DNA of 64,000 bases. Source: Candidatus Omnitrophota bacterium. Its GTDB lineage: Bacteria > Omnitrophota > Omnitrophia > Omnitrophales > Aquincolibacteriaceae. The position numbers and the translations under genes are program-made. The stretch lies in assembly GCA_035352955.1 (NCBI GenBank), contig DAOPYQ010000007.1, forward strand, positions 20,164 to 84,163. The letters run 5' to 3'. Of the stretch, positions 59,390-64,000 are shown piece by piece (positions within the stretch are counted from its first letter, which is position 1; each line of letters begins with the position of its first letter). The notes under the pieces were generated by a model. The model did no database searches, was not told the origin of the DNA, and was given only the letters and a program-made list of their open reading frames with translations.

Positions 59390-60079
59390 ATGACCAACCG
59401 TTACATCGAATCCTTCATCCGGCTTTTCTATCCCGCGGAATGCGAGATCTGCCGGAAAATGCTCCCGCTGGAAGAAAACATCCTTTGCGCCACCTGCGCC
59501 GAAGCACTCCTGGCACTCGCCATCCCCCCGGAGGAAACGTTCGTCGACGAACGTTTTGAGTTCCTGGATAACATCTGGACCGTCTTCAATTATGAATCAC
59601 CGCTCAAAGAGCTCCTCCATGGCGTTAAATATGCACGGAAGGAATATCTTTTGAAGCCTTGCCTCACCCCGTCCGCATCACTGGCCCAAGCCGTTGTTTC
59701 CAGCCAAAGCTACGAGGCCCTTCTTCCCATCCCGATCGACCGGCTGAAATTCGTTCAAAGACACTTTAATCAGTCCGAATCCCTGGCAGACATGATGGCC
59801 TCATACCTGACCCGACCGATCACAAAGTCAATCCTTGTCAAACGGCACCCCGTCCCGAGCCAGACTTTTCTCGGACGGACCGAACGCGAGATCAATGTAT
59901 ACGGCTCCTTCAAGGTCCGGAACGCACAGAAAGTTCGGGGACGGTCTTTTCTTCTCATCGACGATGTTTTTACCACGGGCTCGACCGCCAATGAAGCGGC
60001 CCGCGTCCTGAAGCTCCAAGGAGCCAAACGCGTCGACCTTCTGGCCCTTGCACGGGCGACCCCGATAAAAACAGTTTGA
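59390..60079 (+). CDS. ComF-family protein (Cys4 zinc finger plus phosphoribosyltransferase domain)
   Basis: CEICRKML...CATCAEAL and FLLIDDVFTTGSTANEAARVLK. Confidence 0.75.
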   Translation: MTNRYIESFIRLFYPAECEICRKMLPLEENILCATCAEALLALAIPPEETFVDERFEFLDNIWTVFNYESPLKELLHGVKYARKEYLLKPCLTPSASLAQAVVSSQSYEALLPIPIDRLKFVQRHFNQSESLADMMASYLTRPITKSILVKRHPVPSQTFLGRTEREINVYGSFKVRNAQKVRGRSFLLIDDVFTTGSTANEAARVLKLQGAKRVDLLALARATPIKTV

Positions 60080-60205
60080 GATTCACCCCGCCCAAAGCTA
60101 TGATACTGGCTTCATAGCAATGCTTTCCCCCGTCATCCTCCGGAGAGGATCTTTCGCCCTTTTTGGGCTCCGGAGAACAAGGGTGCATCGAAAAGGAGAT
60201 TCTGC

Positions 60206-61303
60206 TTGAAAGTTCTGGACCGGTATCTTGTAAGGGAATTGATTTTCCCGATCCTTTTTTGCTCATGCACCTTGGTGTTCCTCATCCTCGTTGCGGACCT
60301 TTTCGACAACCTGGACGAACTTCTCAGGAACAAAACCCCAGCCCTGATCATTCTCCGCTACTATTTCTCGCTCATGCCGATCGCCTTCACCCAAACCATT
60401 GCGTGGGCCGTCTGGCTCGGCACGATCTTCCTTTTGGTCAACCTGGGGCTGCACAACGAGCTCATGGCCATGAAAGCCGCGGGGCTGAAGATCCTGACGA
60501 TCGTCCGGCCGATGATCTTCCTGGGACTTTTGCTGGGCATGATCACGTTCCTCATCGCGGACCGCGTGGTCCCGAAGACCTACCGGACCGCCAATGAACT
60601 TCTGGAGATCTATATTGAGAAGAAGAAAAACGCGGCTGACAAGAAGGTCTTCAAGAACGTCACCTACTACTCGGGCGGAAATACGCTGTATTACTTCCGG
60701 AAATTTGCCCCAAAACCCAAAACGGTCGAAGACGCCGTCATCGTCTGGCTGGATCCCGAAACCCATCGCACAACCCAGAAGATCTTCGCCAAAAAAGGCT
60801 CCTGGCAGGAAGATCACTGGCTTTTTGAGGGCATCACGGAATATCAAACCGACGTCGAGGGGGACGTCCTCGGAAGACCTCAGGTAATCGCCCAGAAAAC
60901 TTTTTCCGAGGTGACTGTCACACCGCGTGATCTCGTCAACACTGCCAGCGAAAGTATTTTTCTTTCCTATCATGAGTTGAAATATACGATCGAGAAACTT
61001 AAAGAGAATGGCATTTCTGTATACGCCGAAGAAGTGGACCTTTACAGCCGCCTGGCAACGCCCTGGAAAGGGCTTGTGATGATGCTTCTCGCCATTCCGT
61101 TCCTAGGCTCCATCCGGACGCGCAAAGCCATCGCCCTGAGTGTACTGATCTGCGCAGGACTTGTCTTCACCTACCATGTAACGGACGCCATCATGCTGGC
61201 ATTGGGAAAATCCGGAAAGATCCTGCCCTTCCTGAGCGCCTGGGGTGGAAACATCTTTTTCGCAACGCTAGCTTTTCTAAGACTGGAAAAAGCGAACTTT
61301 TAA
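60206..61303 (+). CDS. LptF/LptG-family lipopolysaccharide export permease
   Basis: MKVLDRYLVRELIFPILF start; 6 TM segments with a large periplasmic domain, the YjgP/YjgQ layout. Confidence 0.8.
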   Translation: MKVLDRYLVRELIFPILFCSCTLVFLILVADLFDNLDELLRNKTPALIILRYYFSLMPIAFTQTIAWAVWLGTIFLLVNLGLHNELMAMKAAGLKILTIVRPMIFLGLLLGMITFLIADRVVPKTYRTANELLEIYIEKKKNAADKKVFKNVTYYSGGNTLYYFRKFAPKPKTVEDAVIVWLDPETHRTTQKIFAKKGSWQEDHWLFEGITEYQTDVEGDVLGRPQVIAQKTFSEVTVTPRDLVNTASESIFLSYHELKYTIEKLKENGISVYAEEVDLYSRLATPWKGLVMMLLAIPFLGSIRTRKAIALSVLICAGLVFTYHVTDAIMLALGKSGKILPFLSAWGGNIFFATLAFLRLEKANF

Positions 61304-61380
61304 TCGCGCAGCATACCGCGATCGATCCTCAACGGAAAATCCTCGTCTGACGCGCTGGGCGTTGCCCATTGCGCTAAAAA

Positions 61381-61677
61381 TCATTCTTTCGGCTTGTGGG
61401 CGACGCTCTCGTCGATCTGTAAATTTCCGGAATCAAAACTCGGAAGAGCGATCGTGCCTTGCGGACGAGGCACGTCCGGCATCTTCGCCTCAGGCCCAAA
61501 AAGGGACGCGAGAACTGCCTGGGCCTGGGAAACATCTCCCTCCTGCCCTGCCCCATCCGCCACCGGCGATTGCTCTGCCAAAACTCCCGGAACCATCACG
61601 GCACACAGAAAGAACAACGCGAAAAGGAAAAGGGTCAGACCCCGTTTCTCTAAAATAGGATCCGACCCTTTTTTCAT
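61381..61677 (-). CDS. Small secreted hypothetical protein
   Basis: Signal-peptide-like LTLFLFALFFLCAVMVPGVLA. Confidence 0.35.
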   Translation of the reverse strand: MKKGSDPILEKRGLTLFLFALFFLCAVMVPGVLAEQSPVADGAGQEGDVSQAQAVLASLFGPEAKMPDVPRPQGTIALPSFDSGNLQIDESVAHKPKE

Positions 61678-61678
61678 A

Positions 61679-62941
61679 TTAAATCTTGGTGCCCGAAGGA
61701 ATATGGGTCCCCTTCGGAATGATCACGATGCCGTCACGGATATAGTAATTCTCGCCGTCCTTCTCATCGATCTTGTTGGGGTTCGTAATGCTCACATTGT
61801 CGCCGAGGCCGACATTCTTATCGAGGATGCAATTCTCGATCACACAATTCTTACCGATCCCGATCTTGCGATCTTTCCCCGGTTCGGGCCATTCATAAAA
61901 ATCGTTGCCCATCAGGATGCTGTCGCGAATGACCGTCCCGCTTCCGGCCATGGACCGAAGACCTATGACCGACCGCTCGATCTTCACGCCGTTCAAAATG
62001 CAGCCTTCCGACATCAAAACATGGTCGAGTGTCGTTCCCTGGATCTTGGACGGCGGAAGAAACCGCGGACGCGTAAAAATGCGTCCTTGCGGAGAAAGAA
62101 AACTGAACGGCGGATTCGGGTTCGTAAGCTCGAGGCTCGCCTCAAAAAAACTACCGATGGTTCCGATATCACGCCAGTAGCCGGTGAAAACATGTCCGAA
62201 CACGTTGTGATTCTCGATCGCCTTGGGGATGATCTCACGGCCGAAATCCTTTTCATTCCCCTGAAGCATGTCCATGAGGACGTCCCGTTTGAACACGTAA
62301 ATTCCCATGGAGGCCAAATACATGGGATTCTTGGACTTAACCTGGTAAAAGTCGCAGAGAGACTTCGGCATGACGAACGATTCCACCGAATCATTCTTCG
62401 ACGGCTTTTCGAGAAACTCCGTGATTTGCCCGTCTTTTTTCAGCTTCATGATCCCAAAACCCTTGATGATACGCTCCGGAACCGGCAAGGTCGCGACCGT
62501 CACATCCGCCTTCTGCATGTGGTGAAATCCGAGGATCTCGCGATAATCCATCCGGTAAAGGTGATCCCCGGAAAGGATAAGAAACGTATCCGTCGCCTCC
62601 GAACGATAATGCGGGAGGCATTTGCGAACCGCGTCCGCCGTTCCCTGAAACCAGTCGGTATTGTCGGTCGTTTGCTCCGCGGCAAGAAGCTCGACGCTCG
62701 TTTTGTGAAACACTTCGTAAGGATACGTCCGGTGGATATGCCGGTGAAGCGATGCCGAATTAAATTGGGTCAGGACGTAGATCCGGTGAAGCCCGGAATT
62801 GATGGCGTTGGAGATCGGAATGTCGACAAGGCGGTATTTCCCGCCGATCGGAACGGCCGGCTTGGAACGATAACTGGTCAACGGAAAAAGCCTTTTGCCC
62901 TGGCCCCCGCCGAGAATGAGCGTTGTCACGCGTCCGGTCAT
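61679..62941 (-). CDS. glgC: Glucose-1-phosphate adenylyltransferase
   Basis: ILGGGQGKRLFPLTSYRSKPAVPIGGKYRLVDIPISNAINSG and C-terminal left-handed beta-helix. Confidence 0.9.
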   Translation of the reverse strand: MTGRVTTLILGGGQGKRLFPLTSYRSKPAVPIGGKYRLVDIPISNAINSGLHRIYVLTQFNSASLHRHIHRTYPYEVFHKTSVELLAAEQTTDNTDWFQGTADAVRKCLPHYRSEATDTFLILSGDHLYRMDYREILGFHHMQKADVTVATLPVPERIIKGFGIMKLKKDGQITEFLEKPSKNDSVESFVMPKSLCDFYQVKSKNPMYLASMGIYVFKRDVLMDMLQGNEKDFGREIIPKAIENHNVFGHVFTGYWRDIGTIGSFFEASLELTNPNPPFSFLSPQGRIFTRPRFLPPSKIQGTTLDHVLMSEGCILNGVKIERSVIGLRSMAGSGTVIRDSILMGNDFYEWPEPGKDRKIGIGKNCVIENCILDKNVGLGDNVSITNPNKIDEKDGENYYIRDGIVIIPKGTHIPSGTKI

Positions 62942-62989
62942 AAGCTCACCGATCCCATCAATGCCTCCTGCCCCGATTCGGGTTAAAGG

Positions 62990-63325
62990 TTAAAGATCCT
63001 TGGAACAGCACTGTTTTCCTTGTTGATCGTTTTCAAACAAAAAACAGTGCTGGAAATTTTTCCAGATAGTCTTGCGGAAAGTATCATTCTCTTCCATTAG
63101 AAGAAAAAGACGCGCGCGGAGTTTCTCGATAAAAGCTTCCTGCTGCGGGTATCGCTCCTGGTTCACGAAAAGATCGATCCGGCGAATATAATCGTTGATC
63201 ATGAGCATGTTCTTCCGGATCTGATCCTTGACGATCCGGATCTCTTCGGAGGTAAACCTCACGGCTTCGCAATCCATTTCCTTTTTTTCGGGCTCCGGGA
63301 TGTCACAACCGAAGTGCAAAATCAT
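62990..63325 (-). CDS. Hypothetical protein (111 aa)
   Basis: ORF only. Confidence 0.3.
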   Translation of the reverse strand: MILHFGCDIPEPEKKEMDCEAVRFTSEEIRIVKDQIRKNMLMINDYIRRIDLFVNQERYPQQEAFIEKLRARLFLLMEENDTFRKTIWKNFQHCFLFENDQQGKQCCSKDL

Positions 63326-63723
63326 AAAGCATACCTCGTCAGAAGGTCCGGCAACTCCCTGCCGAACTCGGTTTTCATATACACCCGGAAACAGCCGGCT
63401 TTTTCGGCTTCGGGTTTTATCATGTTTTTTGCCTGCGTCACGAATCCCACCGCCGGCACATCCTTTAAATCGGCATTTTCCCGCATGTCTTTGAGCGTGA
63501 TAAACGCCTCGGCCTCAAGGTGTTCCAAATCCAGGATCACCAAAAAGGGGCTTTCCTGGTGCGCCTGCTGGAGGAGCATGCCGGCCCTGTCAAAGTTCCG
63601 GACTTGCACATGCAGCGCGCCGGCGCATTTGACGATTCGGGCGGCCTCAACCATATCGCGCACCAGGGCGTACACTTTTTTCCCGGCCTTGACCGCTCCA
63701 AATCCCAACGCATCCCTTCGCAT
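63322..63723 (-). CDS. Receiver-like (possibly pseudo-receiver) domain protein
   Basis: FLVILDLEHLEAEAFITLKDMREN...VPAVGFVT resembles the receiver beta3-alpha3-beta4 region but lacks the N-terminal acidic pair. Confidence 0.35.
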   Translation of the reverse strand: MRRDALGFGAVKAGKKVYALVRDMVEAARIVKCAGALHVQVRNFDRAGMLLQQAHQESPFLVILDLEHLEAEAFITLKDMRENADLKDVPAVGFVTQAKNMIKPEAEKAGCFRVYMKTEFGRELPDLLTRYAL

Positions 63724-63741
63724 CGGTGTGTCCTTCGAAGC

Positions 63742-63975
63742 TTAACTTGTTTTCTGCCCTGAATCAAGAGCGGGCGGGATGATTTTCTTCAGAATAGCGA
63801 TCTTTCGGGCCGCATCCTCGATCAAGGGTTGAGGACCACGGATCGATTCGAGCAAGGGAATCGCTTCCTGCCATTTCTCTTTCCGGATCAACGCTAAGGC
63901 GCTCTGATAAGTCGCCGTCACGGTGCTGACATACCCCTCCGTGAATGTCTCGAGAATCTCCTTTTTCTCGATCAA
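63742..63975 (-). CDS. Hypothetical protein; N-terminus probably beyond the window
   Basis: ORF reaches the 3' window edge. Confidence 0.25.
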   Translation of the reverse strand: MIEKKEILETFTEGYVSTVTATYQSALALIRKEKWQEAIPLLESIRGPQPLIEDAARKIAILKKIIPPALDSGQKTS

Positions 63976-64000
63976 GTCCTGCTGAAGCGGCTGAAGGTCC

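Noticed and set aside
61394-62986. 530-aa plus-strand ORF
   Set aside because: Antisense to glgC.

Overview
64-kb bacterial chromosomal window, GC-rich (roughly 55-60% by eye), with almost all genes on the minus strand. The core gene content is housekeeping: glnS, gltX, nadK, dxs, ispA, xseAB, apt, rpoD, ppdK, glyQS, uvrA, panCD, folK, recO, ybeY, phoH, aspS, hisS, rpsU, lptF/G, glgC. The 5' third (coordinates 1-13300) holds a long sensory operon: a Cache-PAS sensor, a 1708-aa multi-PAS histidine kinase and a response regulator. The same region also carries a translationally coupled two-gene exopolysaccharide synthase/export module (GT2 synthase plus TPR/beta-barrel outer-membrane protein), a ferritin-like gene split at a G7 homopolymer, a cytosine deaminase and two tandem paralogous small secreted proteins. 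Two visibly AT-richer accessory islands are each anchored on a tRNA gene. Island 1 (about 13.3-21.6 kb) lies next to tRNA-Gln and consists of one 2273-aa signal-peptide-bearing orphan protein. It is bounded by direct copies of the 18-nt 3' end of tRNA-Gln, and each copy sits beside a ~100-120-bp palindrome-containing arm sequence. This is the signature of a degenerate tRNA-targeting integrative element, although I find no integrase. A second ~95-bp hairpin repeat occurs once in the 3' intergenic region and once in-frame inside the giant gene. Island 2 (about 32.8-35.5 kb) lies next to tRNA-Arg(CCT) and encodes a secreted SNase-like nuclease followed by a 4-TM protein and two small unknown proteins. 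Because the genome is GC-rich, the six-frame track contains many long antisense ORFs; I treated these as spurious. Nothing here was checked against a database; all homology calls rest on my recognition of motifs in the translations.
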